Below, piece by piece: positions 1 through 13,300 of a stretch of DNA of 64,000 bases. Positions within the stretch are counted from its first letter, which is position 1. The number at the start of each line of letters is the position of its first letter. Origin of the DNA: Phoronis australis (taxonomy: Eukaryota; Animalia; Phoronida); assembly GCA_002633005.1 (NCBI GenBank), contig NMRA01000388.1, positions 248,001 through 312,000 on the forward strand, written 5' to 3'. Both the position numbers and the translations under genes were made by a program. The notes under the pieces were generated by a model that saw nothing but the letters and a program-made list of their open reading frames with translations, was not told the origin of the DNA and did no database searches.

Positions 1-1263
1 CTCAGATTTTGCACAAAGTCTATGAAACTTGGAATAGGGTCAAATTTTCATTTCAACTATTCCTTCGCCCTATAGTGACCTCTGTAGGCAAATATGTGAC
101 CAGTGACTGTCATTATTCCAACAAAAAAGTTTGGTCAAGTTCAGGATATGCTACATAAAAGCTCAACACAGTCCAACAGTCCATTTCAGAGACTGCTGGT
201 CAGGATGGAAACACACATGGCACACAGTACTGTTTGTCTGGGAATGATGTCACGGGTCAAGTCAAGGACAATAAATTGACCGAAAATGTATATGCTCCTG
301 GCACCGTTATTAATTCTCACAAATTACCAGATGAGTACACTGTCCAACGTAATGAACTTTGAAGTCATAAATTTAAAGTAAAGCCATTTTAATTGGCGTC
401 GCTCGTTTTTTTATGAAAAGAAAATCAACGAAGACGTATTGAAATTCTTTTACCTCGCATCTTGCATCCTAAGTTGGTGAGATTTTATTGTTTATTACTC
501 ATAACAAAATTTAGTTGTAAATTATGATTGAATTTTGGCAGCCCGGTAGTACATCTCTAATAAAATGAACAATTTGGACACTTTTTTCAAAACTGAAGAA
601 CGTTTAGCACGCACGATACAGTCTATCAATATTACAACCAGGCCTTTATCCAGGATTTCGAAAATAGGGTGTCTAAAATGGGGTTCCCAATATTCCNTTT
701 TTACATCTAAGTTTACAAACCAGCCTTCTGTAGTGAGCATTTTTAATAAAAAATTGGTGTAGACCAAGACTTTTACAATGCTATCAACCAAGTGTGAGCA
801 TAGCAACATTGTATATACTTTGTATATACATTGTATATTTCTTCCTGCTTTGAAAAAAGAGCCCCCACTGAGCCTTTAGAGGTTTCCTAGTAATCATTAT
901 AATGTGTGTGTCCAAACTTGAAAGGTTCCAATTGACAGTGGGCGTCCAAATGATACATTGGGCCTCCTTGTCAGAGCTCCGTATTAGTGCTAGGGCATCC
1001 AAATGGACATACGCTGCATAAAGGCCTGATTATAACAAGGACTTAGTATATGTCACACCTTCAGTTCCAAATGTGAAAAGAAATCAAGTGCCAAGGTATC
1101 ATAACTTCATATCGTCGTCAGAAATCCAAGGACACTCACCTGGCAAAATGTAGGTCAGAGTGATATCAACGACACCCAAAAACATGAAGTCATTTGTATG
1201 TCACACCTGATACAGTTCAACTATTGATAGTCAGTAGTTAGTGAATGAACAGCAGATGCTCAC

Positions 1264-1393
1264 CAATCAAGTTTGAGCCAAGAGGAGGTCCCCTGTAAGC
1301 TGGGTCACTCCGCTTTCGTCGGTTTGACTTGACTACGTTCAGAGTCTGCTCAAGTGGAGTGTCATAGTCCTGGCCATTGGTCGTTATGTCAAC
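1264..1393 (-). CDS. PKHD1L1: Exon 49, G8 domain 2 (VDITTNG...NRRKRSDPAYRGPPLGSNLI)
   Basis: TTTCAG acceptor, GTGAGC donor, phase 0 to 1. Ends in a GPxxGxxxIG-type motif. Confidence 0.83.
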
Positions 1394-4300
1394 CTGAAAT
1401 AATTGACTCATACTTGCATGATCGCGCCATCAAAAATGACGTTTCAATTCAACCAGATTGATTACAAAACATTGGTTTACTGTATTCAATTTTTATAATT
1501 CCCCTGCTTAGTGCTTTAAAGGAGAACTTGAGAGTAAATTGTAGGCCAGGGGTGGATGAAGACTACAGGAACATGATTGTCTTCTACATTGTAAATAGAA
1601 GTGAATCTTTAACCACTTTTCTTGTCATAACCCAGACTAAAATGTCTAGGTTCAGTGCCTACCATTCCCCCAAATGCACCATGTGACTCTCAATAACCAT
1701 TTTTGGTCTCTTTGGACTAGCGTAGTCTTAAGCTCATTACCACCGGCCGGTCCAGAAGGTCCAGCAACCGCAAGACCAATATTTTCCATAAAGTATGCCA
1801 AAAAGGTTATTTCGAGGCCTTTAGAATGTACCAAGAGAGAGACTTGACTTCTCAAAATTTTCTGGGGGAGAATTCTCAGACCCCTCATATCAAAAACTTG
1901 GTGGTGTAACCCATCACCATGAAAAACAGGTGTTTAAAACTATTATAAAAGATGCAATGTGCACTGTCTACTTTGAAACCATTTTGATCGTGTCACTGAT
2001 TAAGTTAATTCGTTTCGTAATTTTTGTTTGTTTTTGTAGAAATGGGTTACTAATGAGACAAAGAATTTTGACAATCTGACCAATGATAACCCACATTACT
2101 CTTGAACTTTGACTGCCTGACCAATGAGAACCCACCTTATTCTTGACCTGACCAATGTGAAACCAAGTTATTCTTTAATTTTGAATACCTCACTAATGAG
2201 AAAAACAACTTAGTTTATACTTCAACTTTGTCTCCCAGACCAATAAGATTCCACCATCACCTTATTTTTGAACCTATTGTCTTGCCAGCCAGCCACCATG
2301 CGTCCCAGCAGCAGAATATTTTCAGCCTGTAGTGTGTGGTCACCAGAGTCATCCATTTCCAGCGTGCCTTCAATTCTCAGCATCTTCATCTTGGGCAAGT
2401 TGTCAGCAGGATATTTAACAATCCATTTGCCTGGAGGTAATTATCGAAAATTAAAGCCAAGTAATAACCAATTGCCATAATTGGAAATAATAAATAAGTA
2501 ATGCCTTCCTGATTCATTTTTGATACTGCTTCCTTCTAAATTGAAGATTAGCTTTGAATTACCAAATCCACATTAATGCTCAAATTGGAGATCTGTAGCA
2601 CTGCAATTTAGGGAAAACACATGATTGTATAGTAAAAGCCAAAAATGTTTAAGATAGAAAGAATTTGTTGGCAAAGATGAATCAGCAGCTAGACAGCAAA
2701 GAAGAAACAGGACGGTGGAATACTAGAGCAATTGAAAGTTTTTGAAATTAAAAAAACACACGAACTCTATCAACTACCTTAAACCGTTTTACTGCTGCAA
2801 TGAATAGAAAGCGAAAAATTAGCTAAAGGCACGTCAGAGCTTCACTGGCATCTGACAAGGGCTAATTAAGTGCCCTGAGTTACAAAATGTGAATTGAAAA
2901 AGTTGATATTTTTCACCATTTCCTAAATGAATGTAATATTGTCTAATACACATGAAGACAAATCTACAAAAAAAGAAATCAATATAATAATATTATTGAA
3001 GAACAATGAAAACAACTGTACTTTTAATAAAACTTTCATAGAATGCTCAAACTATTCCACAAGGACTTCCACTTACCTTTAGGTATCAACAGATCTTCGC
3101 CATCCCTGAATGGTCCGTCTGTTTTCACAAAGTCGGCAAAATCGATGGCATTGGCAGGTCGTTCGCGACTTGGCGGCAAGGTGTTTGGATCGGGAGGTGG
3201 TAAGCACTTTGGATAATAACAACGGAATGCCGAGAACTTTATGTCAATGTCAATGGGCTCCACACCACTTTGTCCCTCGGGCTGCTTGCCGGAGACTATG
3301 TTGAAACAAAGCAAAGTTGTTAACGTACAAGGCTGCAGTATGAAGTTCATAAAATTAAAACAAAAGACAATCTTTTCGTATAATCCAAATGACTGCCTGT
3401 GTAAAATGAACTACTTCCAAATATAAAACATGTTCTTTAGACTGTTTCAATGGAGTTTGGGCAGACGTTTTGTCTCATTATAGGTAACTTGGGTTGTTTG
3501 TAACCTCAAAAGGTCCATGGTACAAGGCTGCTAAAATGGTGTCAAGTTAATAAGTCTGCTTTGACAATTTGAAAATAAAATTAAAGTCAGTGTTGATGTC
3601 GTGATTTATCTCCGTCCACAGCTTCTTGTCTGTTCGACAAAACGGTTAATCCCTGTTTGAGCTATGGTACAGAAATACGTGGTTTCAAGGAATATGAGCA
3701 GTAAGCAAAAATGTACATAAATTAATGTAAATGTATTATTTAATTTGGTGGATCAGTTCATGTTTCAACTCCGCAGTTATGGGGGAATGTGGCAGGTACT
3801 CCTTGCACACTGAATATTTTGCATCCTGAACAAAATACTGGTAAAAGATATTGGTGATGCCCATAGAGTAACCGTGGTTTAAGGCTTAAACACAATAAGC
3901 ATTGGCTAAAACGCATGTTGATATGCTGGTAATTTTTTTAATGTTTCGCTTCCGAAATTAAGTGACATGTAAAAAGACAATCATTATGATATTTGCCCCA
4001 TAGAAATTTGATAAAACTTAACCAAAATAGATGTGTAAGGCTTTGACTCCCTTGTATATGGTTTTCACAACACCTTCAACGGTGGTGACTGTCCTGTGTG
4101 CCCTGATGACGGACAAAAGACCATGTGAACGCTTAACAATGGTTTAGATTGACGAGTGGATCTAGCATTGATATTAAAGAAACAGTTGTGGCCTAGATTT
4201 GTAACCAAACGCCAAGGTGTGTAATGAATGCGCAGTTGCTCCATGCGTTAAATCTGGTCAAAAGGTTTAAAATTTGCAGTTAAAACATTAAGGTAGGTGC

Positions 4301-7300
4301 ACTATATCTCTAAAAAATTTGGTGATCTACTTACGGATGTAACAGAACTTGCGTGTCTCAGGATTGTACGTCCAGTCACCATTTTTATTTTTGTCAAACG
4401 TCAACGGTGCAGTGCTCATGTCTGTTGCTTTAGTCTGACCTTTCAGAATGAAGACACGATCAGGAGTCAACGCCATCGTGTGGCAGAGAATTACCCATTC
4501 AGAAGCCTGGAAGTAAGCATAAAACCAGCTTCACCTTTAGGTGATCAGACAATTTTATAATACATTTAGCGAGAACCAAAACAAATTTTGTTGCACACTG
4601 AAATAAAACATAACTGTATGACTGCTGAAAAACAAAAGCCTAATCCTAAGGTCAAGATTAAATAACAGCAACATTATGTAATAAATTTTGATGACTAAAA
4701 AATTTCATTTTTTTGCATTAATTTTGTATCATGAAGTAACAATTCTATCACATAAATTCATAAACACCAATTAAGAAACTCAAACTGTGTGCATATAAAG
4801 TGAAATTCTGTTCATTACTGTAGATCTTTTAGTGGCAGTACGAATGAGAGGAAACCGGTATGTTCACATACACGTGGGTGTGTGAAAGTTCTTGTGAAAC
4901 ATCTCACTAAAGAGGGCACTGTGCCTGACATAGCCAGACCTCTACAAGATATCACTTACACCCACGCATAACTACTCTTATGCTGTGCACGTACCCCACG
5001 TACACATGGTGCACATGTTCTCCTAACCCAAATGCTGCCTGACTTACCGCGACTCGGGTAACACGAGCTTCGTAGCTGATGTTGAATGGCTTACAGTTCT
5101 CAAAAGTTAACAAATTCTCTTCCTTCATTACGACGTCCATCATCCAGCCTTCCTTATGCGTGAGTCTCTTCACCAGCCACATAGCTGAGTTGTTACCATA
5201 CTTATTGGACGTCACCAGATTCTTGTAGTTGCATTCGTCTGGCTCCATTTTGTTGGCGGCGAAACGCGACACGCTCACCGATGGCTCGCACAAGCACATC
5301 TTGACATCAGTACTGTACTCAGGTACTTCTTTGCACTTGTCCATTGGCAACGTGTTCATGCAGGGAAGAATTCTGGAACCAGGCGTCGACAACTTGTGGA
5401 GGGAACCATCTTGGTCGTTGAGCACTGTCTCGTGATCCCAGTTACATACGGCCCGCTTATCGGAAGAAATAAATTTGGAATTCTTGAAGAATGCATCAAA
5501 ACCACCACATTTAAAGCCGCACGTACCATCGATCCGGGTGGCGGCTATGACAGCGGTGTTGTTTTCGTTATAGTTGACAAACACGTTGCTATCCAAATAC
5601 TGACCGTCTGACCATGGAAGGACCACAGCATTCTCATCCTTTGAATTACGTTCCTTGTTGAATTCGCAGGCAGCAAAAGTCGTGTTGACGATCAAAACCT
5701 TGGCTGTCCGCTTTACAACCAGCTTTCCTTCAATGCCCGCTCGGGAATTACAGTAGTGGAGACCATTGGCAAATGTCATCGCGCCAGCGTTAACATATTC
5801 AGCACCCTTTTCACAGTGCCATGTGGTGAGGGTGTTAAACAAAGCAGGGACATGAACATTTGTGGAGCATTTTCCATCCTTCATCGGGTAGTAGTCCTGG
5901 AATATCCACACACCGAACCACCCTTGCGAGTGAACTGTGTTGTCATGGAAAGCCCCTAAGGGAACACAGCGAGGGAAAATGTTAGGGTCAAATGATGGTC
6001 CATCGGGGTGAGTGTGCATACGATACCAGAAGCCAAAGTGTGTGCCACCTGCCGCATGGTTGAATCGAATTGTGTTGTTGGGGTTCGTTATCCAATAAGC
6101 CGCTGGTGTAATATCGTCATTGAGTAAACTCGAACTGGCCTTTACGAAAACGGCAAGATTATACTGAAAGGTGTTGCCAGTTTCGATGCCATCCTCCAGG
6201 AACAGAGCTCCGCCCATCACATTGTAGACGACATTATGTTCAACCATGAGGTTGTGTGTGCCATGCACATTCACTGCACGGTTGAATGTACGGTGAATGC
6301 CACAACCTTTGACGTACGATGCTGGTTTACCATCAGGCTTCAGCACGTTGCCCACCAGATGGAAGTGGACAGGATAGCGACCCAGGCGGAAGGCTTGACC
6401 CACGTAGGTCAGTTCAATGTAGCTGATGCGAGCTGAAATCATACTCAATACCATTCACATCTTACATAACACAGAATGGTACACCACCAAAGCCAAGATT
6501 TTTCCCCAGGACAAATCACCACGCACAGTGGATAAAAGCAATCTGTATCAGAGCAGACTTAGCAAGAACTCAACTTATTCTTGATATCTGGTTAGAATAG
6601 AATTGCTGGCAACATTGGAATGTGACATAGAAGATCATAACTTTTAGTTGATCTGCAGGTAATATTTATGGCTGGAAATTTGTATCTTTTAGGTAGATTT
6701 TGGCTATGAATTTATAGTAAGCATGCGTTCAAACAATTGTGATGGTTAGATAAAAAAGTTACCGATTTAGTGGTACTGTATTTATTTAATGCTTTGCATG
6801 GAATACCCAGAACATGACAAGGTAGGGGACTACACACAATACTATGTACAAAACCTAGGTACCGAGGCTTAAGAGTATTGAAGTCATTGAAATGATGATG
6901 TGAAAAATTTTATCAAATTAAACGCTTTATCTAATTTGCTTTCACATGAATAATGCACGGTGGCTCTGTTGTCCATGTAAGAATAAAACCAGCACATAGT
7001 TTGAAGAACATGCTGGCGTATGAAAATGTCAAAATTTTAAATACACTTTCAGCAAAAGAATACCAGAAGAATTTTTGAACACTTGTGTAAATGGTCAACG
7101 TGATTATCATCAAACACAAAAAATAAAATTAATATCCTTATAACAGGTGCTACAGAAGCAAAACAAAGTCTCTTATCACTAATAACAGAAAGGTTTAAAA
7201 TTCGCATTGTCAATAACTTTCAAGTATAAAAAAAATATTACATTAATTTCTATGTTACGAAACAGTAAAGCCAAAAATAATTCAAACCAGAGAAAAATCC

Positions 7301-10300
7301 ACACTTACCAACAGCAGTATTCTTATTGGGAGCAGCTGGGTGAACCATAATGTGACCGCCAAATTCATCACTCCCCATTTCGGCACCAAATCGGCCTTGG
7401 AAACAGGTTTGTGTCACAAATTCACCTGGAAAATTGTACGTCACCTGTTGAGCCATATTCGAAAGCCACTGACTGACTATACAATGTAAGAATCTAATAA
7501 CAATCAAAGTGTATTATTTTTCACAAAATCTTCATTATCCCACGGCACTCTGTATTCCCTTAGTTACCCATCTGCAACGGTTAATTCTAAGCCACTATGC
7601 AGACTAGTCACACGTTCAAAGCTAAAAATGACTTAACTCAGAAATTTGGTCTTATGTTCTACACATAACAGTTTTGACAATTGAAAATACTTAAATCTTG
7701 CTTCGTCAACGGTCCAAAGCCCTTGATAATATACGCATAAGTGATAATAGTTATTGTGACTGATAATTTCTCTAAATTAAATATTTTTACACTCTTGAAG
7801 GCCGTGAAGACACATTCACAGATTGCCCTACTTACCTGTATTAAAACCGTCTGGGCACGCCTCTATCTTGTCGTTCCACTCCGCATGCTCGCTGCCGCGT
7901 ACCTTGACATTGTGAGTCAGCAGTCCAACCTCTCCACGTAGTTCTAAGGTGCGATCGCCAAAGGTACGAGTCTCACCCAAGTGGGTGTGGTCCAAGTTCT
8001 TATCAAGAGTCAGAGTTTTCCCATCGCCAGACACAGCGGTGATAGTTCTGACTTCATTTTCCGACTGCGTGTGTCTGTGACCAGTTGTCGGTAGAACGAT
8101 CATGTCACCAACCTAAGTATAGCCATATCACCGATTATCTTAAGCACCAGTGATTTGCCCAATGAATGTGCTAACATATCAAGACTCTTCTTAATATTAG
8201 AACTTGCATACACTGAGAGCAGAATGCAAGAGTCAGTGTGGGGTAGCGGTGTGGTGTGGCTATCTGAATGCACGCACTTCTACAAGTAGGACAGCTATTA
8301 CTCCAAAACATCCAAAGTCACCCAAAAATATTTAAACTGGTACTGTGTGAAATGATGACGTCATTCACAACTCGCAATCAAAATCATTCGCCAACAGTTT
8401 TCCTAATGTTCTGAGCTGGTGGTCTGCATATTAAAGCAAAACAACACAGGGAGAGGAAGATGCACAAAATGATCATTTTCTTGGCACTCATGTGAATGCA
8501 GAAATTGATATCATTCGGGTACCTACTACAGTGTCAATGACACTTGCAATGTTACAAAAAGCACTGTTGTGCAGTCACAGTAGTTCCATCAAACAGGCCC
8601 TACCTTCCAGGTGACAGCAGTCTTTAAGGTGATCGTATTGGTGCCAGCTGAGGCCGTGGCTGCAAGGAGTACCCACGTCTTGGCCACTGGTTTACCTGGG
8701 TGACAAGAAAAAGGTCACAAGTCTGGCAGGAGCCAGCAAAAGTAAAATAGGGATCAATGCATGGCAAACATGAAAGGGGTCAAACATTGATAAGTCAAGG
8801 TCAAACTGAATGCCAACAGGGCTGCATTCCGTAGGACTTATCCTGCAAATTTGAAGTGACCATGCAGGTCTCCACAAGGTAACACCATGCATCACAAGCA
8901 AAGCATGTAATGGTACTATCACAATAAATAGTTTTCACATATTTCATGCTAAGAACAGGCCCGAATAATGTAGAATTGCTGAACCTCTAGAGATGAACAA
9001 TTGCCTTTGTCCATAAGCAGCAACCTGTTTCCAATTAGAAAGAAATTACAGCAAAATACTGGAGTACATAACATTCAGTCAATGCCCTAGAGTGTTAAAC
9101 AGTAAACCACAAAAGTGAATCTGCAAAGATATTCCTCTTCAACATTCCACAAATTCAAGCACATGATTAGATTAAATCAGGAACATAACATGAACAATGC
9201 TAGCATTCAAGTTCAGATGAGTTTTCTGCCAACCCTTTGTATGGCTGTTGTCACATACCATGGAGATCCAGAGTCCCATTTCGCACACCAAGATTTTTAG
9301 TGCCATACACAGGAATCTCCTTAGTTCTCTGATGCCCGTGAAGCATGATTTCGGCATTTCCTTCGTAAGGTACATCTTCAGTGCCAATCTGCAATATATA
9401 ATCAATTATCCACCATCAAGTTTCACATTTCCAAGAAGTGATGGGTAAACGCAAACTGGCTACAGGACTGCATTCTGTACTGACTTGCAAGAATCTTGTG
9501 AATCAAAGATTCAACAAGTTTTTGTACACAAAACATCTAGTTTTTTTGACAAGGATCTGCTTCAAATCTGGCTAAATCTCAACCACCTCTCCACAGGTGT
9601 TTCTCCGTCCACAATGTCGAAGTTGCGACAACTTACTGTAAAAATCCATCATGTAGATAATTTGCGGCTACGCTCAGTATTGTCAAAGCTAATTCCAACA
9701 AAAGTTCGACAGCGAGTTTTATCTTTCTAATTCATCCTAGTTTGTGAAAGTCTTGCATGTGATTAATTGTGCATGGAAAAGGTCAAAGATTAATGAAGAA
9801 AACTTAATACAGCTAGAACATGTAATAACTAATACATAGATTTGGATGTTGCTTCTGTACAAGTAGTGGTTTTAGTTGCGTCTTGTGCCTGCTAGAACAC
9901 ATAGGTCAAGTCATCACCTCTAGTATTATGTCAAAGGTTAAGTATCAGATTTTTGTGCCACTGAAACACTATATGACTTCACCGGCAGGTTTAATAGGTG
10001 AAACTCTGTGTGTGTGCAACACCTGTGACAAGTTGTGAAATGTACAAAAACCCCACGTCTTACTAACCTGTAGCAGGCCCCCTTTGTTGATCAGTATGTT
10101 GATTGCATTCAGTTTGGGGCCTTGTTTATCGACACCGGGGTCTTCAAATATCAGAGCACCTGCAAGCACCAAACGACAGTGACGCATAAAATGTGATCAA
10201 ACAGCAATCCAAAACCAGGAGTAGATATTAACACATAGCAAGTTCTGATATTAACTACATGGTGCACCTCTCTCTATTCTTTCCGCCTTGTTAAGATCAG

Positions 10301-13300
10301 AACCAAATGATAAAGAAAAGTCATCTTCATGTAGAACTGTAAAGAAACTCTGCCAAGCACTTTGAAAATAATGCTTTATCAAACGGGGGACGTCAAGACA
10401 AGTGTCAGCCACATGCTTTATCCACAAGGCGACTGTTATGACCAAATGACTGATTGACCCCTTCCCCATAAGATCAAAATTTTTTCCAACTACGGAAGGA
10501 AAACTGTACTGTGCTTCACCTTCAATGACCAGGACCTTCAATATGGGTGTTTCAGTTGCATTGTCCAGCATGACCACTTGACCAGATGGAATGACCACGA
10601 TATCATCCTTCGAAGGCAAAGGTACCTTAGCCCCACCCCACGTGAAGGGCGAGCTCCAGCGGTCAATGTAGAAGTACTCAGCAGCAGGACCCTGAAATAA
10701 TAATAATAATAATAATACAGTCTATAAAACACAACAAAATAAGTTTCAAAAGGAAAATTGAATGATTTAATGTAATGGATTCTGGGGAGAGCAAGCAATC
10801 AATCGTATATTGTCTTCAATAATTTAAAGATAAAAGCTTCTGTTCACGTTGGAATCTTTTTCATTGACTGTGAGGTTGCAATTTATCAAAAACTGATTAC
10901 AAGATAATTACTAACCAAATTGTAGTGCAATTGTGCATCTTATCAGGTGTACTAAGTTCTCTATACAGCCAGTCAAGTAAACATTTGTTTCATATCACCT
11001 TTAAGTCAGAAAATCTTAATGTATAGCAATTTTTAAAGACATACCTCGCAAGATTTTCCAGAAGCAGTGTTCTCAACAACAACGAAAGTTCGGAAGCCGC
11101 TGGCAGATGGCGTTCTCTTTTCCGTCGTGCAAATGATTTTCTTATCGGTAGCAGAAGACACAATACATGGAGATCCTCCAATGTCGATGACATTGTTTGC
11201 TTTAGTTAAACTAAAAATAGACAGAAGAAAACACATGATGACAGAGCAGTTGCCACACTTGCAGAATCGTTCTTTCAGCCATTTTGGAAATAATTTATTT
11301 GCAGCATTACTCTACACAACTGTCATGCGCGTAAATGCTAATATTCTGACCTACTTTGTACAAGCACCACGAGTGGATTGAAGCCACAAGAAGGAGCAAA
11401 AGTTACACTCATTGTATGGGTGTAGAGAGTAAACAAAGAATCACGTGCCACGTTAATCCTGCCTTATACCTGAACCCTGATCCCGTGATGGTGACCACTG
11501 TTCCACCGGCTGTGCCTCCCATGGAAGGTTCCACTTTAGTCACCAGGGGGGTGGCACTGGAAGTGTACTTGTACTTGGTTGAACTAGTCACTGATTTGCC
11601 GTCAACAGTGATGACAACGTCACAGTCTACAGTGCTGGTACCATCTGAGCAAGAGATCAACAAATTCTGTTCATGATTTCGGCAAAGCGAAGAGACATGA
11701 AGGTTGCAACAACAGTATTAAATTTAATGGATTAATTATGAAAACTTATTAGAAAGAATTTGGCACAAAGAAGTTAATCCAAATGGAAAAGAGAAAAGTT
11801 GGGAGAACAGACAGATTGGAAAAAAGAACTGTTCAATACCTGGATTAATGCTAATTAAATATGGTCTTAGTACTGGGGCAAAAGTCAAAAGTTTTTTTTT
11901 CTTCATAACTGATACACATACAAAATGACATAAAACTGATGTAGTCTGTTTTCTTTATAGTCATGGAGACACAGGCCTTCTTGAGTTAAATGAACATCTA
12001 ATTTCAGTCATTTATATAATCATCATTAAGGGGCACTGCCCAAGCAGGATTCATCCGAACAAGTTCTCTCATGATCTTAAATAACACATTTCAGCCTTCT
12101 GTTCGGACAGCAGCAATAAACACTCAGAATTAGAAACTGCTAAAGAATAAAAAATTGACCATCAAATCTTAAGAACAGAGTCTCACACCACGTAATAGTA
12201 CTCACTTGAAGCAGCTGTCAGACACTTGATTTGAGATGGTGTCACAGCCATAATCTTGCACTCTTCTTCACAGATGGTAACATTTGTCTGATTCACCACG
12301 AAACCAGATCCAGCGATGGTTAAAGTGTTCCCACCACACTGACTTCCTGTAATGAGCAAGAAAAGAACGCTTGTCAAGAAAATTACAACCAGGGACAGAA
12401 ATGAAACTCTTTTTGTAGTCACTGTGTTTTTAATGTATTTCACGAATTTATCTCAAACTCTCCCTCACCAAGTTACAATACAGAACAAGATTCTTTGCTT
12501 GTAAGGTATCATCACTCAAGTGAGAATATTGATAATAAAAGACCTTTTATGTATTCGTGTCTTTCAGCATTCATTTAAAGAAAGTGAAGCCCAGTGCAAT
12601 TCAACTGAAACTCAAAAAATTAATTGAAATCCTATTAATAATCAATATCCTATCCTGCTTATTTCAAAGGAACAATGTGATGACGTAGCATTATTTCGGA
12701 ATAAATGTTGACTACAGTTGTACAACTTTGATAAAATTTGTTTTATGCTTTCACATTAACATGAAATTGAAACTGGCATCATTAAGGACTGAAGTCATGC
12801 ACTAAGTACTTGACAATCAATCTTCCAAAGACCCCAGTTTCATTGTTACTACGCAGGGAAGTTTAACCTGTTAGCTTAAATCCAGCCGTGTCTGATTATC
12901 ATTCGAAAGCAAACGGCCATTTTGCATAACTATTTCATTGTAATTACATAGCTATAAACCAGAGCACTGACTTCCCTTGTTTATGCAATGTAAATCTAAC
13001 TCGTAACAAGGTTGATGATCTACAACTTTGAGCATAGGTGTTGTAGAAAGGAAAGTTTCTACCAAAACAGAGCAAAGTAATAACAGTTTTTTGGGCCAAT
13101 TACTTAACACCCCAATCGGTAATTTTAGAGGACATTCACATGAAATTGTCCTGAGTTCAGCTTACGGGGTTAGGATGAAAAAAACAAAAAGTAACATAAA
13201 GTACCTGTGTTGGGTGTGATGGATGAAGCAGTGAGAACATAACTGAACTGTACAGGTGAGGAGGCCTTCGCATAACCCTTGTTGTCAACGTACACCTGGA

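Noticed and set aside
1-1263. Next exon (expected VFGxLxLHG-like)
   Set aside because: I found no phase-1 exon with that motif. The small ORFs at 522-1002 look non-coding, so the exon probably lies outside the window.
1652-1888. 78-aa minus-strand ORF as an extra exon
   Set aside because: It is not needed for frame, shows no family similarity, and overlaps a repeat-like CTCCCCCAGAAAATTTT motif.
2047-2274. Repeat-spacer array with a CTGACCAATG core
   Set aside because: The inter-core sequences resemble each other, which indicates a degenerate tandem repeat rather than unique spacers.
2272-2274. Alternative exon 48 donor AG|GTTCAA at 2274
   Set aside because: It gives phase 2 and an immediate stop in exon 49. 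The donor at 2261 keeps the frame and restores DNRFKNK-VDI.
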